A stretch of DNA of 34,261 bases from NCBI GenBank assembly GCA_040881175.1, contig JBBEDS010000006.1, positions 1 through 34,261 on the forward strand, in the 5' to 3' direction. How positions within the stretch are numbered: the stretch's first letter is position 1; each line of letters opens with the position of its first letter. Source of the DNA: Minisyncoccota bacterium. GTDB taxonomy: Bacteria > Patescibacteriota > Minisyncoccia > 2-02-FULL-40-12 > IGHO2-01-FULL-4-A. This document shows, in pieces, positions 22,319-31,368 of this stretch. The position numbers and the translations under genes are program-made. The notes under the pieces are model-generated. The model saw nothing but the letters and a program-made list of their open reading frames with translations, was not told the DNA's origin and made no database searches.

Positions 22319-24664
22319 ATGAGTGTCTTCAATATTCACAATATAAACATCAAAGACGAGCTTCCTTTGATACCGCTTAAAAACGTGGTTTTGTTCCCGC
22401 GTGTAGCGATTCCGCTTCTAGTTCAAAGGCCAAAGTCTATAAATAGTCTAGATTTTGCAACTTCCCAAGATCGCTTGGTGGTTTTTGTCGCGCAGAAGAA
22501 CATATATGATGATGTCGACCAAAAGGATCTTTTTAAGATCGGTACTATTGGTAAAATATTCGAGATTCACAAACTGCCTGACGGATCTTCCAAGATAGAC
22601 GTCGAGGGAATCGCCAGGGTTAAGATAAAGAACATCTCTCAGGTTGAGCCGTTCTTTAAAGCCAAAATTGAGCCGATAAAATCTCAAGACGGACCCAGTA
22701 TTCAGGCCGAGGCTTTGGCTCGTGCGACGATAGAGCAGTTCAAAAAGCTGATAGAGATCAGGGGAGTCCCGGCTGCTTTGCAGGACATTACTTCTGCGTT
22801 AGACCAGGTCAAAGATCCTGAGCAGATCGTCTATCTCATCACTATTAACTTAAGTCTTGAGTTGAAAGATCAGCAGGACATCCTTGAGACTATAGACCCA
22901 ATCGAGGGTTTGAAGAAAATTAACTTTTACATTTCCCGCGAGCTGGAAATAATTGATGCGGAGAAGAAAGTAGTCAAGGAAACCAAAAAGCAGCTCAACA
23001 AAATGCAGAAGGAAGTATTCTTGCGCGAACAGATGAAAAGCATTGAGAAAGAGCTCGGCATTGATGGAGAGAAGGGAGAGGTTGAGGCATTGAGAGCCAA
23101 GATATTAGCGTCCAAGATGCCTAAAGAGACGGAAGACAAGGCTTTAAAAGAATTGAATCGACTTGAGAAGATGCCGTCATTCAGCCCCGAGGTCTCGTAT
23201 CTGCGCACCTACCTTGATTGGCTGGTTGAATTGCCATGGTCAAAGAAATCAGAGGGTAATGGCAGCAAGCTTGAACTCAAAAAAGCAGAAAAGATTTTAA
23301 ATGAAGACCACTATGGTTTAAGAAAAGCCAAAGAAAGGATTTTGGAATATCTGGCCGTTCAAAAACAAGTCGGTAAAATCAGGGGACCGATACTTTGTTT
23401 CGTCGGACCTCCAGGTGTCGGTAAAACCTCCATAGGAAAATCTATAGCCCGAGCTTTGGGACGCAAATTTATTCGCGTATCTTTGGGCGGACTGAGAGAC
23501 GAGGCTGAGATCAGGGGGCACAGGCGAACATATGTTGGAGCTATGCCCGGCAGGATCGTGCAGGGTATTCATGGAGCCAGTACTAAAAACCCGGTATTTA
23601 TGCTTGACGAGATAGATAAAGTGGGAGTTGATTTCAGGGGCGACCCATCCGCCGCTTTGCTTGAGGCTCTTGATCCGGAGCAAAACAGCGCTTTTTCAGA
23701 CAACTACTTGGAAGTGCCTTTTGATCTTTCCGATGTCTTGTTTATAACCACGGCTAACATGCTTGATACTATACCGCCTGCTTTGCGCGACCGTTTGGAA
23801 CTTATTGAGTTTCCAGGATATACAGAGGAAGAAAAATTAAATATTTCTAAGAAGTATTTACTGCCTAAAATATTCAATGAGCATGGTTTGAAAAATGACA
23901 TAATCAGCTTCTCCGACCAGGTGATCAGAGATGTGATTCAAAAACACACCCGTGAAGCAGGAGTTCGTGATCTGGAGCGCCAATTGGCGACTGTGGTCAG
24001 AAAAGTCACACGGCAGATCGTAGAGAAAAAAGCTAAAGGCAAGATTAAAATTACGTCTGCGACACTCCATAAATATTTGGGTCCGATAAAGTATACTCAC
24101 CAGGAAGCCGAGAAGAAAGATGAAGTCGGAGTCGTTACTGGTTTGGCTTGGACTCCAGTCGGCGGCGAGGTGCTTTCTATTGAAGCATCAAAGATGCCTG
24201 GCCGTGGAAAACTTATCTTAACTGGTCAGTTGGGTTCTGTAATGAAAGAGTCAGTTCAAGCTGCCTTGAGTTATGCTCGTTCAAAAGCTGCAGGGCTAAA
24301 CATTGAAGAAGATTTTTATAAAGACGATATTCACGTTCATGTACCATCTGGCGCCATACCTAAAGATGGACCGTCTGCTGGCATTGCCATGGCTACGGCG
24401 CTAATCTCTTTGTTTACTAAGAAGCAGGTCAGAAAAGACGTGGGCATGACAGGCGAGATAACTTTGCGTGGCAAGGTCTTGGAGATTGGCGGCGTTAAAG
24501 AAAAGATATTGGCTGCTCATCGTGCTGGGCTTAAGACGATCATTTTACCTGCGGGGAATAGGAAAGATATTGCCGAAGATGTGCCACCAGAGATTCGCCG
24601 CGATCTCAAGTTCAAATTTGTCAGTAAGATTGACGAAGTTCTCAAGGTAGCGCTCAAAAATTAA
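22319..24664 (+). CDS. lon: ATP-dependent Lon protease (LonA)
   Basis: LON N-terminal domain, Walker A GPPGVGKTS, Walker B FMLDEIDK, and proteolytic Ser in PKDGPSAGIAMATAL with Lys in GGVKEKILAA. Confidence 0.95.
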   Translation: MSVFNIHNINIKDELPLIPLKNVVLFPRVAIPLLVQRPKSINSLDFATSQDRLVVFVAQKNIYDDVDQKDLFKIGTIGKIFEIHKLPDGSSKIDVEGIARVKIKNISQVEPFFKAKIEPIKSQDGPSIQAEALARATIEQFKKLIEIRGVPAALQDITSALDQVKDPEQIVYLITINLSLELKDQQDILETIDPIEGLKKINFYISRELEIIDAEKKVVKETKKQLNKMQKEVFLREQMKSIEKELGIDGEKGEVEALRAKILASKMPKETEDKALKELNRLEKMPSFSPEVSYLRTYLDWLVELPWSKKSEGNGSKLELKKAEKILNEDHYGLRKAKERILEYLAVQKQVGKIRGPILCFVGPPGVGKTSIGKSIARALGRKFIRVSLGGLRDEAEIRGHRRTYVGAMPGRIVQGIHGASTKNPVFMLDEIDKVGVDFRGDPSAALLEALDPEQNSAFSDNYLEVPFDLSDVLFITTANMLDTIPPALRDRLELIEFPGYTEEEKLNISKKYLLPKIFNEHGLKNDIISFSDQVIRDVIQKHTREAGVRDLERQLATVVRKVTRQIVEKKAKGKIKITSATLHKYLGPIKYTHQEAEKKDEVGVVTGLAWTPVGGEVLSIEASKMPGRGKLILTGQLGSVMKESVQAALSYARSKAAGLNIEEDFYKDDIHVHVPSGAIPKDGPSAGIAMATALISLFTKKQVRKDVGMTGEITLRGKVLEIGGVKEKILAAHRAGLKTIILPAGNRKDIAEDVPPEIRRDLKFKFVSKIDEVLKVALKN

Positions 24665-24690
24665 GCAGTTCTCCCATGTGTTTAGCGGCA

Positions 24691-24719
24691 TTGTCTGTGG
24701 ACAGGTTTTTTAATACAAT
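24691..24719 (+). promoter_or_regulatory. Putative promoter for the MgtC-family gene (leaderless-type spacing)
   Basis: -35 TTGTCT (24691-24696), 17-nt spacer, -10 TACAAT (24714-24719), 6 nt to ATG 24726. No SD. Confidence 0.4.
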
Positions 24720-24725
24720 TAGGTA

Positions 24726-25220
24726 ATGCTAACTGAAAGCGAAATCATCATCAGGTTGTTGCTTGCCGCCGGATTAGGTGCAGTCATTGGTTTTGAACGA
24801 GAAAGAGCGCACAAGGTAGCCGGTTTGCGTACTCACGCTTTGGTTGCGATAGGTGCGGCATTACTCTCCGTTATTTCCATCCATGGGTTCGATGCCCTAT
24901 CTAGCAAGGGAGTTTACGACCCATCTCGTATTATTTCTAATATTATTGTTGGTATCGGTTTTATAGGCGGTGGCGCTATCTTGCGCCAGGGTCCGCGAAT
25001 AATCGGTACGACTACGGCTGCCACGTTATGGTTGGTTTCGGCAGTTGGTATCGCCGCTGGTATGGGTCTGTTCTATGTCGCGGTTACGGCTGCAGCTATT
25101 GGCTACGGAGTTTTGACTCTTCTATGGCAGGTTGAAGAAAAAGTAATCGGCAAGGTGTCGTACAAGCATATTGAGGCGCTAAGAGACGATGATGATGCTG
25201 GAACGTCTGAAACCAAATAA
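24726..25220 (+). CDS. MgtC/SapB family membrane protein
   Basis: IIRLLLAAGLGAVIGFERERAHKVAGLRTHALVAIGAAL is the MgtC-family signature. 4-5 TM segments. Confidence 0.85.
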   Translation: MLTESEIIIRLLLAAGLGAVIGFERERAHKVAGLRTHALVAIGAALLSVISIHGFDALSSKGVYDPSRIISNIIVGIGFIGGGAILRQGPRIIGTTTAATLWLVSAVGIAAGMGLFYVAVTAAAIGYGVLTLLWQVEEKVIGKVSYKHIEALRDDDDAGTSETK

Positions 25221-26340
25221 AAACTGGTATGCGGTTGCCACTATAGTCGGCTCTACCGTCGGCATAGGACTATACGGTATACCGTTTGCCTTTCAGAAAG
25301 CCGGTTTCGGGATCGGCCTTTTGTTTTTATTAGGCATTACTGGGTTAATGCTGTTTTCTCATTTTTTATACGGTGAGGTAATATTACGTACCCACAAGCG
25401 GCACCAGTTTGTAGGATATGTAAATCAATACTTAGGGCCGTGGGCCAAAAGACTGAATCTTTTAATATTCTGGGTGGCAATGTACGGCTCACTCGTCGGA
25501 GTGATCATTATTAGCGGAGACTTTCTGGCAAACATATTTTCTTCATACTTCCGTCTCTCTCCTTTTGGTTTCAGCACCATTTTTATTATTGCAGCTTCAG
25601 TTTTCATCTTCATGGGCCTAAAAACGGTATCTAAGTTTGATTATGTAATGATGCTAGTTTTTGGAGCCATAGTTGCTCTTATTGGTATCTATGGCCTGGG
25701 TCATTTTGATGTTGGTAATTTCACTATTGCGACCGGCGATTTCTGGTTCCTGCCGTTCGGGGTGATACTGTTTGCCATGAGTGGCATCACTGGTGTGCCT
25801 TTGGCAAGGGAGGTATTGATAGGTGAAGAAGAGAAATTTAAGAAAATTGTGATCTTAGGAACTCTGGTTCCATCCGCCCTGTACTTGATTTTCTCGCTAA
25901 TAGTTGTCGGAGTCTCGGGAGACATTACTTCACCAGATGCTATTTCCGGTTTAAGGAACTCCCTCGGGCAGAAGGTAGTATTTATCGGTTCCGTATTCGG
26001 GTTCCTGACTTCTTCAACAATTTTTCTAAATCTTGCCACGTCTTTGAAAGAATCATTTCAACAGGATTTTCATTTCAAACATAGCTGGTCATGGCTTTTG
26101 GTGGTGGTGCCGCCTTACCTGCTTTTTTTGATCGGGGTGAGAAATTTCATTGATATTATCAGTTTGGTCGGAGGTCTGGCGGTAAGCGTATCAATGATCC
26201 TTCTGGTATTTACATATATCAATGCCAAGAAACATGGAGATAGGGTGCCGGAGTATTCGGTGCGCTTTCACCCGGTCTTATTATATTTGATAGTAGTGCT
26301 TTTTGGGCTGGGAGCTGCCTACACCATTCTCGTTAAATGA
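25189..26340 (+). CDS. APC-superfamily amino-acid transporter (Aa_trans / Trp-Tyr permease-like)
   Basis: About 11 TM segments. The N-terminal IVGSTVGIGLYGIPFAFQKAGF is typical of amino-acid/auxin-type permeases. The start overlaps the MgtC gene by 32 nt. Confidence 0.6.
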   Translation: MMMLERLKPNKNWYAVATIVGSTVGIGLYGIPFAFQKAGFGIGLLFLLGITGLMLFSHFLYGEVILRTHKRHQFVGYVNQYLGPWAKRLNLLIFWVAMYGSLVGVIIISGDFLANIFSSYFRLSPFGFSTIFIIAASVFIFMGLKTVSKFDYVMMLVFGAIVALIGIYGLGHFDVGNFTIATGDFWFLPFGVILFAMSGITGVPLAREVLIGEEEKFKKIVILGTLVPSALYLIFSLIVVGVSGDITSPDAISGLRNSLGQKVVFIGSVFGFLTSSTIFLNLATSLKESFQQDFHFKHSWSWLLVVVPPYLLFLIGVRNFIDIISLVGGLAVSVSMILLVFTYINAKKHGDRVPEYSVRFHPVLLYLIVVLFGLGAAYTILVK

Positions 26341-27659
26341 TAAGAAAGCTGGAAAAAATAGTTTTTTATTTCCTGATCTTCGCCGTGCCTTTTCAGGTAC
26401 GTTTTATCTGGGGCAGATGGGTCCAGCCTTTCAATGAGTGGACAGCCGGTTTCATCTACGGAACGGATATTCTGGTCATTCTGCTTTTCCTTCTCTGGCT
26501 GCTTCGAAGCCATCCCAAGCTTAGCCTGAGATTTAAAGCAGGAGATCCGAGTTTATGGCTTTTCCTATTCTTTGCTATCTCTGCTCTATCAATAATCAAA
26601 TCAGGCATATTACCCCTCTCTTTCTATATTCTATTAAAGCTGGCTGAATTTATTGGCTTTTACTTTTATCTGAATCATAGCCTAGGCAGCACATTTCAGC
26701 TCAAGAGGGTTGTATCTGTGGTTGTGGCCTCCGGTTTCTTTCAGGCGGCGATTGGAATATTTCAATACGCGACTCAGTCCAGCCTTGGATTCAAGATCCT
26801 GGGTGAGAGCTTCCTGACTACCGAAACTCCCGGAGCTGCCGTATTCGTAGTCGACTCGGTTAAATACCTGAGAGTGTATGGCACTACACCGCATCCTAAT
26901 GTTCTCGCCGCCTGGCTTTTTCTTGCGCTATTCGCTTTTTACTTTTGGTATTTCTATTACAATCGCAAAGGACTGAATGCCAAATCAATGGGCGTGTATG
27001 GAGTTATCCTGGTCGCTTTCTTTTTTACATTCTCGAGAGTCATAATCGGTTTATGGCTCCTAGGGGTGCTGATAAGACTTCTCATCTTATTCTTGAAGAA
27101 TGACTTCAGGGGCATTTTGCATAAGGTAAAACGTAAACTCATTTTCATATCCGTTATCACGGTAATTATCTCCGGAGCTTTTGTAATTTCTTTTTGGCCG
27201 CAAGTGCAGTCTAGGATACATGTGTCTCTTGATGAGCAGGCGGTGACTCACAGGGTTTTCTATAACAATGTCGCCGGGGAGACTGCTATTGAAAGTCCTT
27301 TGCTTGGAGTGGGTATTGGCCAGTTCGTGCCCCACATGATGAGCAAGCTCAAATACTTGCCGGCGTATGTCTACCAGCCGGTGCATAATATTTACCTTTT
27401 GGTTGCAAGTGAAACCGGGTTTATAGGTTTAGCTGCTTTCGGGGCATTTCTATTCACACTATTCAGGAAGTTTTTCCGTCACCCTAGATTTGGCAAGCTG
27501 CATCACTACTCCTTTTTCATACTAGCCGCTTCATTCTTAGTAATGGGCATTTTCGACCACTTCCTCTGGACTTTACAGCAGGGGAGTCTAGTTTTCTGGC
27601 TCATGATGTCGCTGATAAACCTGGGTCCGGATATACGGGGTGTTGATAGTCAAATTTAA
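26337..27659 (+). CDS. O-antigen ligase / Wzy_C-domain polytopic membrane protein
   Basis: About 11-12 TM segments. HNIYLLVASETGFIGL matches the Wzy_C/O-antigen-ligase loop-helix signature. ATGA overlap with the upstream stop. Confidence 0.7.
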   Translation: MIRKLEKIVFYFLIFAVPFQVRFIWGRWVQPFNEWTAGFIYGTDILVILLFLLWLLRSHPKLSLRFKAGDPSLWLFLFFAISALSIIKSGILPLSFYILLKLAEFIGFYFYLNHSLGSTFQLKRVVSVVVASGFFQAAIGIFQYATQSSLGFKILGESFLTTETPGAAVFVVDSVKYLRVYGTTPHPNVLAAWLFLALFAFYFWYFYYNRKGLNAKSMGVYGVILVAFFFTFSRVIIGLWLLGVLIRLLILFLKNDFRGILHKVKRKLIFISVITVIISGAFVISFWPQVQSRIHVSLDEQAVTHRVFYNNVAGETAIESPLLGVGIGQFVPHMMSKLKYLPAYVYQPVHNIYLLVASETGFIGLAAFGAFLFTLFRKFFRHPRFGKLHHYSFFILAASFLVMGIFDHFLWTLQQGSLVFWLMMSLINLGPDIRGVDSQI

Positions 27660-27675
27660 GGTTTTATGCTAGAAT
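27647..27675 (+). promoter_or_regulatory. Putative promoter for the S8 protease gene (leaderless-type spacing)
   Basis: -35 TAGTCA (27647-27652), 17-nt spacer, extended -10 TGcTAGAAT (27667-27675), 9 nt to ATG 27685. No SD. Confidence 0.4.
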
Positions 27676-27684
27676 TACATCTAT

Positions 27685-28902
27685 ATGAAAATTAGTAATA
27701 AACTGACGATAGGCTTGATTTTAGCTGTTTTTGTCTTACTTACGCCATTTGCAAATGCCTCTGCTGAAGAAGGCAGATATTTTATTAAATCCACGAAGGG
27801 CTTCTGGAAGAATGCCCTTGGAGTCAGGCATAACTTTGAGAAAGGCTTTAGCGCTGAACTTTCTGATTTTCAGGTAAGATTGACGAAAATGTTTGGTGTC
27901 GAGATAGAGCCAATCAGTATTTTGCAGATATCCCCGGATGATTCGCAGCCGGTAATTGAGAAGAAGCCGACTGAAACCGGAAAGGCCGAACCAGCCAAGG
28001 GTAACAGCCAAAGGTATCTACCCTCAGACCAGACACCATGGGGTATTGAAACTGTTTACAATGATCCGTTGGTTCTTGCTACCTCCGGTGGCAAAGGCAT
28101 TCGGGTAGCCGTCTTAGATACTGGGGTTACCATCTCGCATCCTGACCTGGAGGGAAGAGTTTCGGATTGTAAAGACTTTACTAACAGAAGATTTCCAATA
28201 ATTGACGGTAAGTGTGCAGATAAGAATGGCCATGGTACGCACGTTGCCGGCATTATTGCAGCTGATGCCGGTTCCGACAATCTTGGAGTATATGGCGTTG
28301 CGCCTGAGTCTGAACTCTTGGCTTACAAAGTTTGCGGCGATAACGGTTCTTGCTACGCGGATGATGTAGCTTTTGCTTTGAGATCAGCTGCAGATCACGG
28401 TGCCAATATTGTTAATATGAGTTTTGGTACTAATAAAGATGTTGCTTTGATCCGCGATGCCATAAATTATGCCGCATCACAGGGAGTCTTGATGGTTGCC
28501 GCTGCCGGCAATGACGGTCCTTTCCCGGCGAGCTTGGATTATCCGGCCGCGTACCCGTCAGTTATTGCCGTGGGCGCTATTAGCCAATCACTGGCTGTAA
28601 CCGACTGGAGCTCCAGGGGCATTAATTCCACAACCAAGCCATTCATCGTTGAAGAAAAAGACATTGAATTCGCTATGCCCGGTGAACACGTAGAATCTAC
28701 CTGGAATAGCGGTAGTTATGTTATCTTGTCGGGCACTTCTATGGCGGCACCATTTACAGCTGGTTTGGCAGCTAAATTCTGGCAAGCAGATGCTGAAAAT
28801 CCGATGGAATCAACTCGAGAATTACTTCATTCATTGGCCAGGGATCTATTCCCGGCAGGTGATGATGATCTGTCAGGATTTGGACTGATGAGAGTTCAAT
28901 AA
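27685..28902 (+). CDS. Secreted subtilisin-like serine protease (peptidase S8) with I9-like propeptide
   Basis: Signal peptide. Catalytic triad in order: VAVLDTGV, HGTHVAGIIAA, GTSMAAPFTAG. Confidence 0.9.
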   Translation: MKISNKLTIGLILAVFVLLTPFANASAEEGRYFIKSTKGFWKNALGVRHNFEKGFSAELSDFQVRLTKMFGVEIEPISILQISPDDSQPVIEKKPTETGKAEPAKGNSQRYLPSDQTPWGIETVYNDPLVLATSGGKGIRVAVLDTGVTISHPDLEGRVSDCKDFTNRRFPIIDGKCADKNGHGTHVAGIIAADAGSDNLGVYGVAPESELLAYKVCGDNGSCYADDVAFALRSAADHGANIVNMSFGTNKDVALIRDAINYAASQGVLMVAAAGNDGPFPASLDYPAAYPSVIAVGAISQSLAVTDWSSRGINSTTKPFIVEEKDIEFAMPGEHVESTWNSGSYVILSGTSMAAPFTAGLAAKFWQADAENPMESTRELLHSLARDLFPAGDDDLSGFGLMRVQ

Positions 28903-28916
28903 AATATAGTTCAACA

Positions 28917-28944
28917 AACTGCCCCGACTGTCGGGGCAGTTTTC
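28917..28944 (+). terminator. Rho-independent terminator
   Basis: CTGCCCCGA-CTG-TCGGGGCAG (9-bp stem, 28919-28939) followed by TTTT. Confidence 0.8.
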
Positions 28945-28958
28945 TTATTAAATAGGTC

Positions 28959-28967
28959 TGATATACT
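28959..28967 (+). promoter_or_regulatory. Extended -10 box just upstream of the half-MFS gene (leaderless-type spacing)
   Basis: TGaTATACT (28959-28967), 8 nt to ATG 28976. No SD and a poor -35. Confidence 0.35.
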
Positions 28968-28975
28968 TATGATAT

Positions 28976-29647
28976 ATGTCCAGAGTAAATAAGGTTATCC
29001 GGCATTTAGTTATATCGGATTTTGTTTTGAATTTTGCTTTTGGTCTTTTGGCCCCTATCTTTGCCGTATTCATTTTAGATAGTATTGATGGAGGATCTCT
29101 TACCGTTATCGGATTGGCTACAACCTTCTATTGGATCGCCAGGACAGCAACTACCGTGCCGTTATCAAAATTCATGGACAGAACAGACGGCGAGCGAGAT
29201 GAATTTTGGTTTATGGTAGCAGGCACTATTTTAATGTCCACCGTACCCCTGTTCTATATTTTCGCTTCCTTGCCCTGGCACATTTATCTCATCCAATTCA
29301 TATTTGGCTTGGCCAACTCGATGGCTATTCCTGCCTGGCGCATTCTGTTTACTGACCACATTGACCGTGGCCGCACTGGCTATGAGTGGTCGCTAGAAGA
29401 TATAGCTATCGGGGTATCCGTTGGTATCAGCGCCTATTTGGGTTCAGTCATGGCTACCAAATTTGGTTTCGAGATCATATTCATTATTCTTGCCATTCTT
29501 GGTTATCTAGCCACGATCTTCATACTGCTCCCAATAAAAGATGATGCCGAGACCTTGGCGGAGTTGAGGTCGGCGGGCATGCTGAAAACTATCAAGCAGA
29601 AGCGCAAGAACCCCATTCCGATCCCAAAAGTAGACGGCATGAAGTAA
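28976..29647 (+). CDS. Half-size (6-TM) MFS-like membrane protein
   Basis: 223 aa with six hydrophobic segments. The TM2-TM3 loop PLSKFMDRTDGERDEF resembles MFS motif A (G-x3-D-R-x-G-R). Confidence 0.5.
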   Translation: MSRVNKVIRHLVISDFVLNFAFGLLAPIFAVFILDSIDGGSLTVIGLATTFYWIARTATTVPLSKFMDRTDGERDEFWFMVAGTILMSTVPLFYIFASLPWHIYLIQFIFGLANSMAIPAWRILFTDHIDRGRTGYEWSLEDIAIGVSVGISAYLGSVMATKFGFEIIFIILAILGYLATIFILLPIKDDAETLAELRSAGMLKTIKQKRKNPIPIPKVDGMK

Positions 29648-29649
29648 TC

Positions 29650-31365
29650 ATGGCTAGCAATCAGGAACTCGTAAAAATTCTATTGGAAATGGCCGCCCTG
29701 CTTGATATGCAGGACGTCGCCTTTAAGCCGCGTGCATATGAGCATGCGGCTTATTCTATCCAGGTATTAGATCAGGAGGTGGCGGATATGTATGACAAAG
29801 GCGGACTCAAGGCATTGGAGGATATACCGGGCGTTGGTCAGGGCATTGCCGAACGCATTGAGGAATACATTAAGACAGGAAGGATTAAAGATTATGAAAA
29901 GCTAAAAAAGAAATTCCCGGTAGACATAGAAGGCCTGACTGCTATCGAAGGGGTTGGCTCGAAAATGGTTAAGAAGCTGTACCAGGAATTAAAGATTAAA
30001 GACCTGGCATCTCTTGAGGAAGCTGCCAAAGAGGGCAAGCTTCGCAAGATTGAAGGTTTTGGAGAAAAATCAGAACAGAAAATATTGAAAGGCATAGGAT
30101 TTTTAAAGCAGTCTCACGGACGTTTTCTTCTGGGAGAAATTTTACCGACTGTAAGAGAAATGACCGATAAGCTGAGAAAGCTCCCTGAGGTTAAAGAGGC
30201 GGAACCGGCCGGTTCAGTGAGGAGAATGCAGGAGACTATAGGTGATTTGGATATCTTGGTCACATCAAGTGAACCTGAGAAAGTTATGAAGTTTTTCGTT
30301 AAAATGCCAGAGGTGGAAGATGTAATATCTAGAGGAGAAACAAAGACCTCGGTCAGATTAAAGATTGGCATGGATGCAGATCTGCGCGTTGTTGATCCTG
30401 ATTCTTTTGGTGCGGCTCTGCAATATTTTACCGGAGATAAATATCACAACATTGCCGTCAGGGAGATAGCGATCAAGAAGGGCTACAAATTGAATGAGTA
30501 CGGTCTTTTCAAAGGTAAAAAATTAATCGCCTGTAAGACGGAGGAGGAGATATATGAAAAGCTAGGGATGGAGTTGATGCCTCCAGAGGTAAGAACTAAT
30601 AACGGAGAGGTGGAGGCAGCTATCAAAGGCGAGCTTCCTGAGTTTATCGGTTATGGAGATCTTTTAGGAGATCTGCAGGTCCAGACCGATTGGACGGATG
30701 GGGAGAATTCAATAATGGAAATGGCTGAAGCGGCTAAGAAAGAAGGTCTGGAATACATAGTCATTACCGATCACACTAAATCGCTGGCCATGGCCCATGG
30801 TTCTGATGAAAAACGGCTAGAGAAACAAATGGCAGAGATTGATAAGATCCAAAAGAAGATAAGTGGAATAAAGATATTGAAGGGTGCGGAGGTGAATATT
30901 AACAAGGATGGGACTTTGGATATTGATGACAAGACATTAGCTAAGCTGGATGTCGTCGGTGTCGCTATACATTCAGGTTTTAATATGACTGAGGAGGAAA
31001 TGACCAAACGAGTTATCCGCGCCATGGAGAATCCTCACGTAGACATACTTTTTCATCCGACCGGACGTCTTATACAAAAGAGGGAAGCAATCAAGCTGGA
31101 CATTGATAAGGTAATCAAGACAGCAAAAAGAACCAAGACTGTATTAGAGGTGGACGCCTATCCGACTCGCTTAGACCTAAAAGATGAATATATTAGGAAG
31201 GCAGTCGATGCCGGGGTTAAATTATCTATCGATTCCGACGCCCATCATGTCAGTCATTTCAAACTATTAGAATACGGTATTGCCCAGGCCAGGCGCGGTT
31301 GGGCTGAGAAAAAAGATGTTATCAACACCAGAAAGTGGCAGGATATGCTTAAATTATTGAAATAA
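29650..31365 (+). CDS. polX: DNA polymerase X family protein with C-terminal PHP domain (PolX)
   Basis: N-terminal NQELVKILLEMAALLDMQDVAFKPRAYEHAA, HhH motifs (IPGVGQGIAERI, IEGVGSKMVKK), catalytic GSVRRMQETIGDLDILV, and PHP domain (YIVITDHT...SIDSDAHH). Confidence 0.9.
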   Translation: MASNQELVKILLEMAALLDMQDVAFKPRAYEHAAYSIQVLDQEVADMYDKGGLKALEDIPGVGQGIAERIEEYIKTGRIKDYEKLKKKFPVDIEGLTAIEGVGSKMVKKLYQELKIKDLASLEEAAKEGKLRKIEGFGEKSEQKILKGIGFLKQSHGRFLLGEILPTVREMTDKLRKLPEVKEAEPAGSVRRMQETIGDLDILVTSSEPEKVMKFFVKMPEVEDVISRGETKTSVRLKIGMDADLRVVDPDSFGAALQYFTGDKYHNIAVREIAIKKGYKLNEYGLFKGKKLIACKTEEEIYEKLGMELMPPEVRTNNGEVEAAIKGELPEFIGYGDLLGDLQVQTDWTDGENSIMEMAEAAKKEGLEYIVITDHTKSLAMAHGSDEKRLEKQMAEIDKIQKKISGIKILKGAEVNINKDGTLDIDDKTLAKLDVVGVAIHSGFNMTEEEMTKRVIRAMENPHVDILFHPTGRLIQKREAIKLDIDKVIKTAKRTKTVLEVDAYPTRLDLKDEYIRKAVDAGVKLSIDSDAHHVSHFKLLEYGIAQARRGWAEKKDVINTRKWQDMLKLLK

Positions 31366-31368
31366 CAT

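Noticed and set aside
24691-24710. Possible terminator hairpin after lon (TGTC-TGTG-GACA plus T-run)
   Set aside because: The stem is only 4 bp. The same sequence fits better as the -35 and spacer of the MgtC promoter, so it is not reported as a terminator.
25189-25220. 32-nt overlap of MgtC and permease as a possible frameshift or fusion artefact
   Set aside because: Both proteins look complete. MgtC has its usual length and a charged C-tail, and the permease starts before its first TM. A run of ATG codons at 25189-25197 offers normal starts, so an overlapping coupled pair is the simpler explanation.
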